A DNA stretch of 64,000 nt from an uncultured Chloroflexia bacterium. GTDB taxonomy: Bacteria; Chloroflexota; Dehalococcoidia; Dehalococcoidales; RBG-16-60-22. The DNA is taken from contig CAVUAE010000001.1 in assembly GCA_963739395.1 (NCBI GenBank), positions 1,094,056 through 1,158,055 on the forward strand, read 5' to 3'. The notes beneath the pieces are model-generated. The model had not been told where the DNA came from. It was given only the letters and a program-made list of their open reading frames with translations, and searched no databases. Positions within the stretch are counted from its first letter, which is position 1. Each line of letters opens with the position of its first letter. Below are positions 53,896 to 62,881 of this stretch, piece after piece. Made by a program: the position numbers and the translations under genes.

Positions 53896-54007
53896 GTCAT
53901 CCTGAGCGAGGCGAAGGATCTCGGGGTGGTGTTGTTTTCCTTTCGTAGAATGTGTTTATCCTCCGCCGCCCCGAGATTCTTCAGTCGCTTTGCTCCTTCA
54001 GAATGAC
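53896..54007. repeat. Long imperfect inverted repeat (intergenic repeat family)
   Basis: The left arm GTCATCCTGAGCGAGGCGAAGGATCTCGGGG pairs with the right arm CCCCGAGATTCTTCAGTCGCTTTGCTCCTTCAGAATGAC. Confidence 0.75.
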
Positions 54008-54090
54008 AAACAGGGCGCAATGAGATAAAAGTCATTTCCATTAGCCTCGGCATAAGATTATGCTTATAATGAGTGTTGGAGAAAGTATGT

Positions 54091-55275
54091 ATGAACAAAG
54101 TATATTTGGATAATACTGCCGGCGCGCCCGTTCTCCCGGAAGTTAAACAGGCGATGTTGCCTTATTTTGGAGAAATTTTTGGCAACCCCCAGTCTTTACA
54201 TGATTGGGGTGATACGGCGCGGCAAGCTGTGGATAATGCGCGGGAAAAGGTAGCCAGTCTTATCGGCGCCAGTCCTGAGGAAATTATATTTACCAGCGGC
54301 GGCACCGAGAGCAATAATCTAGCTGTTAAAGGTATTGCATTGGCTCAGCAGTCTAAGGGCAAACATGTGGTGGTCTCCGCAATAGAACATTTTTCAGTCC
54401 TGCACTCTGCCAGAACGTTAGAAAAATGGGGCTTCGAGGTTACCGAGGTACCGGTAGATAAATACGGCGTCGTCAATCCCGATGATGTGAAGAAAAGTAT
54501 TAGAAAAGATACCGTTCTGGTTTCTATCATGCACGCCAACGGCGAGATAGGCACCATTGAGCCGATTAAAGAAATCGCGGCCATCACCCGGGAAATGAAA
54601 ATCTCTTTACATACAGACGCCGTTGCGACCGCGGGGACAATACCAGTCAACGTTAACGATCTTGACGTGGACGCTTTAAGCTTGGCCGGCAACCAGTTCT
54701 TCGGCCCTAAAGGAACCGGCGCTTTGTGGGTGCGCAAGGGTTTGAGGCTGATGCCTCTCCTCGATGGCGGTATACAAGAAGGTGGGCGTCGGGGTGGCAC
54801 TGAAAATGTGCCGGGCATTGTCGGATTGGGTGTAGCGGCGGAAATCGCGGCGGCGCAAATGCAGTCCCGGATAAACCAGCTGACGCCTATGCGCGACTAT
54901 TTACTCGATGAGTTGCCGCGCCGGGTCGGGCATGTGGTAGTCACCGGTCATCAGCAGAATCGTTTGCCAGGGCATGCCAGCTTTTGTGTGGAGTTCATCG
55001 AGGGGGAAGCCATGCTGATGCTCTTAAACAGCAAAGGCATCGCCGTTTCCAGCGGTTCAGCCTGCACCTCGCGGGCGCTTAAGGCGTCCCATGTGCTTAT
55101 AGCGTTAGGTCTTTCTCATGAAATTGCCCAGGGCTCGATACTCTTTACCCTGGGGTTGGATAACACTAAAGTAGATATTGAATATGTTCTGGAGACCATG
55201 CCACCAGTCGTTGACAGGCTGCGGAAAATGTCTCCGCTCTATGATAAATACGTAAAAGCTGACAAAGGAGGATAA
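54091..55275 (+). CDS. nifS: Cysteine desulfurase (NifS/IscS type)
   Basis: [26 protein letters not shown], catalytic SSGSACTS. Start at ATG 54091. Confidence 0.92.
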   Translation: MNKVYLDNTAGAPVLPEVKQAMLPYFGEIFGNPQSLHDWGDTARQAVDNAREKVASLIGASPEEIIFTSGGTESNNLAVKGIALAQQSKGKHVVVSAIEHFSVLHSARTLEKWGFEVTEVPVDKYGVVNPDDVKKSIRKDTVLVSIMHANGEIGTIEPIKEIAAITREMKISLHTDAVATAGTIPVNVNDLDVDALSLAGNQFFGPKGTGALWVRKGLRLMPLLDGGIQEGGRRGGTENVPGIVGLGVAAEIAAAQMQSRINQLTPMRDYLLDELPRRVGHVVVTGHQQNRLPGHASFCVEFIEGEAMLMLLNSKGIAVSSGSACTSRALKASHVLIALGLSHEIAQGSILFTLGLDNTKVDIEYVLETMPPVVDRLRKMSPLYDKYVKADKGG

Positions 55276-55276
55276 C

Positions 55277-55663
55277 ATGCCGGTATATAACGAAAAAGTA
55301 ATGGACCATTTCATGAACCCGCGTAACGTGGGTGAAATTGAAAACCCGGATGGCGTCGGTGAGGTAGGTAATCCCGTCTGTGGGGATATGATGACCTTCT
55401 ATATCAAGGTCAAGGACAACAAACTCGCAGATGTTAAGTTCAAAACCTTCGGATGCGGGGCGGCTATTGCTGTTTCAAGCATGGTCAGTGAGATGGCCAT
55501 GGGCATGACGCTGGAAGAAGCGATGAAACTCACTCCCGCAGCGGTGGCGGACAACCTGGAAGGGCTGCCTCCAAATAAGATGCACTGCTCCAATCTAGGC
55601 GCCCAAGCTTTACATGAGGCAATCAAACAGTACCAGGGCAAGCAAAAAAAGAAGCTGAAATAG
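55277..55663 (+). CDS. iscU: Fe-S cluster scaffold (IscU/NifU N-domain)
   Basis: GNPVCGDMM, FKTFGCGAAIA, MHCSNLG cluster-ligand motifs. Confidence 0.92.
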   Translation: MPVYNEKVMDHFMNPRNVGEIENPDGVGEVGNPVCGDMMTFYIKVKDNKLADVKFKTFGCGAAIAVSSMVSEMAMGMTLEEAMKLTPAAVADNLEGLPPNKMHCSNLGAQALHEAIKQYQGKQKKKLK

Positions 55664-55798
55664 ACAACAGCCAGGATACCGCTAAAGATGAAGCTCATAC
55701 CTGCCCCTATTGTGAAGAAGAGATAGCTGACGCAGCTTTCCCATACTGTCAGGCCTGCACTATAAAAGACAAGGAAACCGTAGACGGAGGCTAGAGAT

Positions 55799-56299
55799 AT
55801 GGCGAAGCAGGAAAAGACCACCAAAAAAGAAAAAATGACCATCGTCGTCTTCAGCGGCGAACTGGATAAAGCCCTGGCGGCTTTTATACTGGCGACCACC
55901 GGCGCTAGCATGGGGATGGATGTCAGCATGTTTTTCACCTTCTGGGGATTGAATATCCTTAAGAAAAACAAGGGTGGGCCGGGTGGCAAGGGGATACTGA
56001 AAAAGATGCTCAACTTTATGAACCGGGGCGGTTCAAAACGGTTAAAGCTCTCGAAGTTCCATATGTTTGGCATGGGCACGGCGATGATGAAGAAGTTCAT
56101 GAAGGAAAGCCACCTGCCTTCTATCGACGAGTTCATCCAGATGGCAAAGGACATGGGTGTGAAAATGGTTCCTTGTTCCACATCTTGTGGGGTGATGGGC
56201 TTGGGTGAAGGCGCCTTCCGTGAAGAGGTTGGCAGCCTGGCCGGTGCCGCCTTTTTCCTGAACGAAGCCCGCCAGTCCAAAGTGACCCTATTTATTTAG
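55799..56299 (+). CDS. DsrE/DsrF-like sulfur-relay family protein
   Basis: MTIVVFSGELDKALAAFILA...FFTFWGL pattern, and adjacency to tusA. Confidence 0.6.
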   Translation: MAKQEKTTKKEKMTIVVFSGELDKALAAFILATTGASMGMDVSMFFTFWGLNILKKNKGGPGGKGILKKMLNFMNRGGSKRLKLSKFHMFGMGTAMMKKFMKESHLPSIDEFIQMAKDMGVKMVPCSTSCGVMGLGEGAFREEVGSLAGAAFFLNEARQSKVTLFI

Positions 56300-56315
56300 T
56301 TGTGAGGAGCGAAAT

Positions 56316-56546
56316 ATGAAAGCAGACCAGACTTTAGACTGCGTGGGTTTGTATTGTCCCATGCCTATCGTGAAAACGGCGCAGAAAATCAAAGAGCTTA
56401 AGACAGGTGAGGTGTTGGAGGTGATGGCTGATGATAAAGGCATCAAGCAAGACATGCCCGCCTGGGCGCAGGCTACGGGCAACGAATTTTTAGGTGTAGA
56501 AGAATCTAACGGAGAAATTAAAGTTTACGTTAGAAAGAAAAAGTGA
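56316..56546 (+). CDS. tusA: TusA/SirA-family sulfurtransferase
   Basis: LDCVGLYCPMPIVK (CPxP motif); 76 aa. Confidence 0.88.
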   Translation: MKADQTLDCVGLYCPMPIVKTAQKIKELKTGEVLEVMADDKGIKQDMPAWAQATGNEFLGVEESNGEIKVYVRKKK

Positions 56547-56623
56547 TAATTGAATGCCGTTCGTGACGTGAAAAAAGAGGGGGCAATAAAAAGCCCCCTC
56601 CAATTATTTCTACTAGTTAAGTT

Positions 56624-57967
56624 TTACATTATCGGCATGTATTTCTTGAGTTCATACTCGGTAACTTGCGTGCGGTATTCGTCCCATTCTTTTTTCTTGT
56701 TTTCAATAAAGGAATTGAAAACATGCTCACCGAGGGCTTCTCGCACTAGTTTGCTGCCTTCCGTTAACGTGATAGCTTCGTCCAGGCTGCCCGGAAGCAT
56801 ACTGATGCCGTGTTTTTTCCTTGCTTCGGCACTCATTTCGTACACATTTGCCTCGATAGGAGCTGGAGGGGTCAGGTTATTCTTGATGCCATCCAAACCG
56901 GCGGCTAACATGACGGCGAAACAGAGGTAAGGATTACAGGCAGGGTCGGGCGACCGGAATTCAATGCGCGTGGCTTTTTCACGTCCAGGGCGATATTCCG
57001 GCACACGGATTAGGTCGGAACGATTACGCCTTGCCCAGGAGAGGTAAACGGGGGCTTCATAACCCGGTACCAGACGTTTATAAGAGTTGACCCATTGATT
57101 GCAGACGGCAGTAATCTCCGGCGCGTGCTTAAGCAAGCCAGCGATATAACTCTTGGCTTCCTTGGAAAGGCTATAGGCATCCTTGGCATCGAAGAAAGCG
57201 TTTTTCTCGCCCTTGAATAATGATTGATGCACATGCATACCGGAGCCATTGATACCGAAGACCGGCTTAGGCATAAAGGTGGCGTAAACGCCATTCTTTA
57301 GCGCAACCTCCTTAACCACCAGGCGGTAGGTCATCACGCTATCTGCCATGGTGAGAGCATCCGTATATCTCATATCAATTTCGTGTTGGCTATTGGCGAC
57401 CTCATGATGAGCATATTCCACACCAATGCCCATTTTTTCCAATTGGATAACGGTATCCCGTCGTAACTCGATAGCAGCGTCGTGGGTGGTAAGGTCGAAA
57501 TAGCCACCTTGGTCAAGGAACTCAGTGCTGTTGCCGTCTTTAAAATAGAAGTATTCAAGCTCGGGTCCGACGTAGTAGGTATAACCGAGGTCAGCTGCTT
57601 TTTTCAGGTTCTTTTTCAGGACATAACGGGGATCGCCTTCAAAAGGCTGACCTCCCGGCATGAGGACGTCACAGAACATGCGGGCGGTAGCGCGATGGTC
57701 TGGCGGATTCCAGGGCAACAGCTGCCAGGTATCCGGGTCGGGCATGGCGACCATATCACTTTCATCGATACGGGCGAACCCCTCTATCGAAGAACCGTCA
57801 AAACCCATCCCTTCCTCTAATGCCCCTTCCAGTTCTTCAACGGTAATAGCGAAACTCTTGAGTATTCCTAGAATGTCGGTAAACCAAAGCCAGATAAATT
57901 TAACATCATGCTCCTTAGCCATCTTGAGGATGTACTCATTGGCTTCGGCTTTACTCCTTTTCTTCAT
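56624..57967 (-). CDS. glnA: Glutamine synthetase type I
   Basis: FDGSSIEGF, GINGSGMHVHQSL, NRSDLIRVP motifs. Confidence 0.95.
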   Translation of the reverse strand: MKKRSKAEANEYILKMAKEHDVKFIWLWFTDILGILKSFAITVEELEGALEEGMGFDGSSIEGFARIDESDMVAMPDPDTWQLLPWNPPDHRATARMFCDVLMPGGQPFEGDPRYVLKKNLKKAADLGYTYYVGPELEYFYFKDGNSTEFLDQGGYFDLTTHDAAIELRRDTVIQLEKMGIGVEYAHHEVANSQHEIDMRYTDALTMADSVMTYRLVVKEVALKNGVYATFMPKPVFGINGSGMHVHQSLFKGEKNAFFDAKDAYSLSKEAKSYIAGLLKHAPEITAVCNQWVNSYKRLVPGYEAPVYLSWARRNRSDLIRVPEYRPGREKATRIEFRSPDPACNPYLCFAVMLAAGLDGIKNNLTPPAPIEANVYEMSAEARKKHGISMLPGSLDEAITLTEGSKLVREALGEHVFNSFIENKKKEWDEYRTQVTEYELKKYMPIM

Positions 57968-58206
57968 CGCTCCCTCCTAATACGCCGTTATAACAACATT
58001 TAACCAATAGATATTTACATTATACACCTAATTATTAACGACAGGAATATGCCCTGTTTATAAATGATTTTGTTTATATATTTTACGTTTATGATAAGTT
58101 TGAATTCGATATTAACAAAACGTTTAGAGAATTTATGAAAATATTTATGATCTGTTTACTTTTTTACGAATAATATTAATTGAAATATCTAACTAATAAA
58201 ACTCTT

Positions 58207-59019
58207 ATGAAAAGACGCATTATCAGGCGAGTCAGGTCTGTCAGTTCAGCGGCTGGTGTCGCTCAAGGTCAACCGGGGGGATTGAAGTTATTAACCAATG
58301 ATATTTTGAAACAATTCAATCCTTCCATACTTGGTTTGGGCGATGTTAATACACCTTGTCAGGAAATAGAAGCCATCGCCGCCGTATTTGACCTCTCCGG
58401 TTTTACCACATTTTGTAATCAGGTTGATGCTTATTTGGCTATCCCATCGTTTCTCAATAATTTCTTCGAATGGCTTTTTGGCAGTATCGTCTATGGTCTC
58501 ACTGATGAGGAAGGCAATCGCACTTATTTTTGGGCAGACCTGCCGATACTTGTAAAATTCACTGGCGACGGCATTCTCGTTGTTTGGAACTCCCATAAAA
58601 TGAAGGAAGACCAAATTTGCCGTTTAGCTGCCACCCTTTACAATATCTGTAATGCCTACCGACAGGATTTTTATCCCCAGATAAACAGCATAGTTAATAA
58701 ACCGCCAACTGTACTCCGCTGCGGTTTAGCGAGAGGGAAAGTTTTTAGCGTAGGCAATGGCAACGATTATATCGGTCATTGTATTAATACTGCTTCAAGA
58801 CTTTCAGGTCTCACTCCTTTAACTATTTGTTTCCCCCACCGCGGATTTGCGGTACAGGAATATATGCCTCCGGAATATGCGCGGCTTTTTGTGTTAAAGA
58901 ATGTTGCTATCCGCGGCGTCGGTGAAGACGAGCGGATATGGGTAGTTAAAGAAGAATTTGATAATTTGTCGGAAAGAAACAAGGCTATGTTTCGCAGCTC
59001 TGAAAGCGTGACTGTATAA
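58207..59019 (+). CDS. Minimal class III nucleotidyl cyclase (cyclase homology domain only)
   Basis: Metal Asp motifs AVFDLSGFT and KFTGDGILVVW, RCGLARGKVFSV, and the transition-state motif GHCINTASRL. No sensor or TM domain. The start could be ATG 58207 or TTG 58180; neither has a good RBS. Confidence 0.7.
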   Translation: MKRRIIRRVRSVSSAAGVAQGQPGGLKLLTNDILKQFNPSILGLGDVNTPCQEIEAIAAVFDLSGFTTFCNQVDAYLAIPSFLNNFFEWLFGSIVYGLTDEEGNRTYFWADLPILVKFTGDGILVVWNSHKMKEDQICRLAATLYNICNAYRQDFYPQINSIVNKPPTVLRCGLARGKVFSVGNGNDYIGHCINTASRLSGLTPLTICFPHRGFAVQEYMPPEYARLFVLKNVAIRGVGEDERIWVVKEEFDNLSERNKAMFRSSESVTV

Positions 59020-59057
59020 GCAGCCGCTATCCGACTGCGAGAAAAAGGGGAACGACA

Positions 59058-60197
59058 ATGGTTAATAGTTTAGAAAAAACAGGATTTAGAAAAATATTTC
59101 CAGGCAACACCGAGCGGGATAATATCATGCGTTTAGAGTTGCTTTGTGGCGCTGACAAAGAAACGGAAAATGATACGCGGTTGTCGGATTTGCTGGAACA
59201 GGTTATCATGATGACCCAGCGTACGCTTAATGCCGAGGCGGCTTCGGTGCTTTTATTCAGGGATAATGACCAGGAGTTATATTTCGAAGCTGTTACTGGT
59301 CCTGTCGGCAAAGCGTTGCGGCAAGTAAGATTAAGCTCTCAATACGGCATTGCCGGTCAGGTAGTACGCACCGGCAAACCACTGATTGTAAATGATGTTA
59401 CTCGTAGCACGAATTTTCATAAGGTCATTGACGATACTACCGGTTTTTATACTAAATCGTTGGTTTGCGCCCCTCTAAGCATCGGTCGTAAAGTTCTTGG
59501 CGTAATTGAAGTGCTCAACAAATGCGAAGGAAGAACTTTCGACGAGGATGATATGGAAACCGTTGTTTCCGTGGCTAATACTACCGCTATGGCGGTTGAA
59601 AATACCCGAATCCGCCAAACTTTAATGGAAGCCTACAAAAATACCATTGTGGCGCTGGCGGCAGCTGTTGATGCCAAAGACCCTTATACACGGGGTCATT
59701 CTGAAAGAGTAATGGGATACGCATCCAAGGCTGGCATAGTGCTTTCCTTCTCTGCTGATGAGATAGAGACGCTGGAATACGCAGGCATCCTCCATGATAT
59801 TGGCAAATTAACTATTGATTCCAGTGTGTTGACCAAGTCTGAACCTTTAACATCAGGAGAATGGGAGATAATGCGTACCCATCCAGTTACCGGGGCGGAC
59901 CTTTTAAGAGAGATTCCTTTTTTGGAAAATGCTGCCGAGCTTGTGCTTAGCCACCATGAAAGGTACGATGGCACGGGTTATCCCAAGGGACTAAAAGGTG
60001 ACGATATACCCTTAGGCGCCCGCCTCATTGCCGTGGCTGAAGCTTTTGACACCATGACTACCGACCGGGCTTACCGCTCGGCTTTGCCTATTGATATAGC
60101 CGTTAAAGAGCTCAACATTTGCGCCGGCACTCAATTCTGTCCTATGGCGGTTAAAGCCTTAATTGAAGGACTACGCCTCAACGAGTGTGGCAAGTAA
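59058..60197 (+). CDS. GAF-domain HD-GYP phosphodiesterase
   Basis: GAF core (AEAASVLLFRD...GIAGQVVRTGKPLIVNDV...VLGVIEVLNK), then HD-GYP motifs GILHDIGKL and SHHERYDGTGYPKGL. Confidence 0.85.
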   Translation: MVNSLEKTGFRKIFPGNTERDNIMRLELLCGADKETENDTRLSDLLEQVIMMTQRTLNAEAASVLLFRDNDQELYFEAVTGPVGKALRQVRLSSQYGIAGQVVRTGKPLIVNDVTRSTNFHKVIDDTTGFYTKSLVCAPLSIGRKVLGVIEVLNKCEGRTFDEDDMETVVSVANTTAMAVENTRIRQTLMEAYKNTIVALAAAVDAKDPYTRGHSERVMGYASKAGIVLSFSADEIETLEYAGILHDIGKLTIDSSVLTKSEPLTSGEWEIMRTHPVTGADLLREIPFLENAAELVLSHHERYDGTGYPKGLKGDDIPLGARLIAVAEAFDTMTTDRAYRSALPIDIAVKELNICAGTQFCPMAVKALIEGLRLNECGK

Positions 60198-60452
60198 ATT
60201 GAGCTAGAGTCACCCGCACTTCAGAGTAACAATCTCTACCATAGCTTTAAGGTATCTCTTTTTGCCATTTTTACTTTCCCTTTGATAATTTCCGTTGTGC
60301 TCCTATGTATTCCAGCTTGAAATAAATACCGCTATTTGGTAATAATAGGTAGGGAATTTTCCTTTTATAGTACGACGGCCAGTTTGGCTTGCCTTTTCCT
60401 CTGAAACTGCGCCGCTTTCTCACGCAGAGAGGACAGTTTAGCGAGGGACATA

Positions 60453-60968
60453 ATGAGCGTTAAAGAAGACAGTACAAGCACGAAAATAGCCAGTCTGCCG
60501 GATGAAAAAGATATTACGGATGCCGTAGCTAAGGTACTGTCATCTTATAAAGGAGAAAAAGCCGAATTAATCCCTATCCTGCAGCAGGTGCAGCAGAAGC
60601 TAGGTTATTTGCCGCTAGTGGCAATGAAAAGTATCTCCAGTTTTGTCAGAATGCCGGAAAGCACCGTCTTCGGTGTGGCAACGTTCTACGCCCAGTTCAA
60701 ATTCAAGCCTGTGGGACGCAACATTATTAAGGTCTGCCGCGGCACGGGCTGCTATGTCAAAGGGTCGCCGCGTATCCTCGAGGAATTTGAAAAACAGCTT
60801 GGCATTAAAGACGGCGGCACCACCAAGGACATGGAATATTCACTGGAAACAGTCGCTTGCTTTGGTTCTTGCGCCCTGGCGCCCGTCGTCGTCGTTAATG
60901 ATAGGGTGTACGGTCGCATGACGCCGGAAAAAGCCAGGGAGCTGATTAAGGTCAAGGGGACGGCATGA
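60453..60968 (+). CDS. nuoE: NuoE/HndA-like [2Fe-2S] subunit
   Basis: CRGTGCYVKG ... CFGSCALAP cluster motifs. Confidence 0.88.
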   Translation: MSVKEDSTSTKIASLPDEKDITDAVAKVLSSYKGEKAELIPILQQVQQKLGYLPLVAMKSISSFVRMPESTVFGVATFYAQFKFKPVGRNIIKVCRGTGCYVKGSPRILEEFEKQLGIKDGGTTKDMEYSLETVACFGSCALAPVVVVNDRVYGRMTPEKARELIKVKGTA

Positions 60969-62881
60969 ATTTTGAAGAACTAAAAAAGAAAGCCGAAAAG
61001 CAGTGGCAGGCAGCGCAAAAAAGCGCTAAGACCCGTATTAATATTGGTATGGGCACTTGCGGTATTGCTGCCGGCGCTGAAGCCGTTCTGGCTGCCCTCC
61101 AGCAAGAGTTAAAAAAGAATAATCTTGAAATGGATATTATTCAAGTTGGCTGCATCGGTTTTTGTTATGCCGAGCCGATAGTGGAAATAACCAAGCCCGG
61201 CAATGCGAGCATTTTCTATGGCAACTTAACACCGGAATTGATGGCGGAAATCGTCCGCGACTATCTTGTCGGTGATAATCCGCGTCCCGACCTGGCTCTA
61301 GGTTATCGCGGCGAAGGCTCAAGCGACGGAATTACTCCACTAGCCGAGTCTCCCGTATTTAAACCTCAAGTGCGTCTCGTTATGCGTAACTGTGGCAATA
61401 TCGACCCCTCATCTATCGACCATTATATCGCTAACGGCGGATATTCCGGACTCCAACGTGCTCTAAAGATGAAACAACAGGAAATTATTGATGAAATTAA
61501 AAAGTCGGGACTCCGCGGTCGGGGCGGTGCCGGCTTTCCTACCGGTAATAAGTGGCAGTTCTGTCATGATGCCAACGGCTCGCCGAAATATATTATCTGT
61601 AACGCCGATGAAGGCGACCCTGGCGCTTTTATGAACCGCGCTGTTTTGGAGGGCGACCCACACGCTGTGCTGGAAGGTATGCTCATCGGTGCTTATGCCA
61701 TCGGCGCCTCCGAGGGCTATATCTACTGCCGTGCCGAGTATCCGCTGGCTATCCAGCGTCTTATGAATGCCCTGGAACAAATGAAAAAGTATGGTTTATT
61801 GGGCGAGAATATCATGGGCTCCGGTTTCAATTTCCATATCAAGATAAAAGAAGGCGCCGGAGCTTTCGTCTGTGGCGAGGAGACGGCGATGATGGCTTCC
61901 ATCGAAGGCGCCCGCGGCATGCCCCGCCCCCGTCCGCCCTTCCCGGCGCAGTCCGGACTCTGGGGCAAACCGACCAACATTAATAACGTCGAGACATGGG
62001 CGCATGTTTCGGCCATTATGCAGAAAAACGCAACTTGGTGGTCGGCTTATGGCACTCAAGGCAGCAAAGGCACCAAGACATTTTCGCTGGTGGGTAAAGT
62101 CAACCGCACCGGCTTAATTGAAGTGCCGATGGGTATCACCCTGCGCGAGGTTATCTTCGGCATCGGTGGCGGCATCTTCGGTGATAAAATATTTAAGGCT
62201 GTCCAAACCGGCGGGCCCTCCGGCGGCTGCCTGCCAACCAGCTTCCTCGATACGCCGGTAGATTACGAAACACTGGCACAAGCCGGCTCTATCGTGGGTT
62301 CCGGCGGCATGGTCGTTATGGACGAAGACAACTGCATGGTGGATGTCGCCCGTTATTTCCTCACCTTTACCCAGCTGGAGTCCTGCGGCAAGTGCATCCA
62401 GTGTCGCTGGGGCACCAAGCAAATGCTGGATATTTTAAACGATATATGTGCCGGCAAAGGTAAACCCGGCGATATCGACTTGCTGCTGGAAGTTGGCGAT
62501 GCAGTGAAAAACGGCTCGCTTTGCGCACTCGGCGGCACGGCACCTAATCCGGTACTCACGACTATCCGCTACTTCCGCGATGAGTATGAAGCTCATATTA
62601 ATGAAAAACGCTGTCCGGCGCTGGCCTGTAAGGCGCTGGTCCAATATTATATCGACGCGGATAAATGCATCGCCTGCGGCGCTTGCGCGAAAGTTTGTCC
62701 CGTCACCGCGATTACCGGCGCCAAGGGTATGGTGCACGTTATCGACCAAAGTATATGTATTAAGTGCGGCAGCTGCTATGATGTCTGCCCTAAAAAGGTT
62801 CGCGCAGTGACTAAGGTCTCCGGCGAGCCTATCAAAGCTCCCGACAAGCCTATCCCGATAAAAGGTAAGGCCAAGCCATGA
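60965..62881 (+). CDS. nuoF: NuoF/HndC-like NAD(P)H-binding flavoprotein subunit with extra Fe-S domains
   Basis: GLRGRGGAGFPTGNKW, ESCGKCIQCRWG, C-terminal CIACGACAKVCP and CIKCGSCYDVCP. ATGA overlaps link it to both neighbours. Confidence 0.9.
   Translation: MNFEELKKKAEKQWQAAQKSAKTRINIGMGTCGIAAGAEAVLAALQQELKKNNLEMDIIQVGCIGFCYAEPIVEITKPGNASIFYGNLTPELMAEIVRDYLVGDNPRPDLALGYRGEGSSDGITPLAESPVFKPQVRLVMRNCGNIDPSSIDHYIANGGYSGLQRALKMKQQEIIDEIKKSGLRGRGGAGFPTGNKWQFCHDANGSPKYIICNADEGDPGAFMNRAVLEGDPHAVLEGMLIGAYAIGASEGYIYCRAEYPLAIQRLMNALEQMKKYGLLGENIMGSGFNFHIKIKEGAGAFVCGEETAMMASIEGARGMPRPRPPFPAQSGLWGKPTNINNVETWAHVSAIMQKNATWWSAYGTQGSKGTKTFSLVGKVNRTGLIEVPMGITLREVIFGIGGGIFGDKIFKAVQTGGPSGGCLPTSFLDTPVDYETLAQAGSIVGSGGMVVMDEDNCMVDVARYFLTFTQLESCGKCIQCRWGTKQMLDILNDICAGKGKPGDIDLLLEVGDAVKNGSLCALGGTAPNPVLTTIRYFRDEYEAHINEKRCPALACKALVQYYIDADKCIACGACAKVCPVTAITGAKGMVHVIDQSICIKCGSCYDVCPKKVRAVTKVSGEPIKAPDKPIPIKGKAKP

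Noticed and set aside
53715-54098. 127-aa reverse-strand ORF
   Set aside because: It is assembled from the antisense 3' end of the PurM-like gene plus the inverted-repeat element. The peptide (SFASLRMT...) is the known pseudo-translation of that repeat.
55688-55726. 12-codon ATG-initiated mini-ORF (MKLIPAPIVKKR) in the iscU-dsrE spacer
   Set aside because: It is too short and has no RBS. The -1 frame carrying the CxxC pairs explains the spacer better (see findings).
55399-56280. 293-aa reverse-strand ORF spanning iscU, the spacer and the DsrE-like gene
   Set aside because: It is antisense to three well-supported plus-strand genes with clear motifs and RBSs. The sequence is low-complexity with no motif and no RBS, typical of a shadow ORF.
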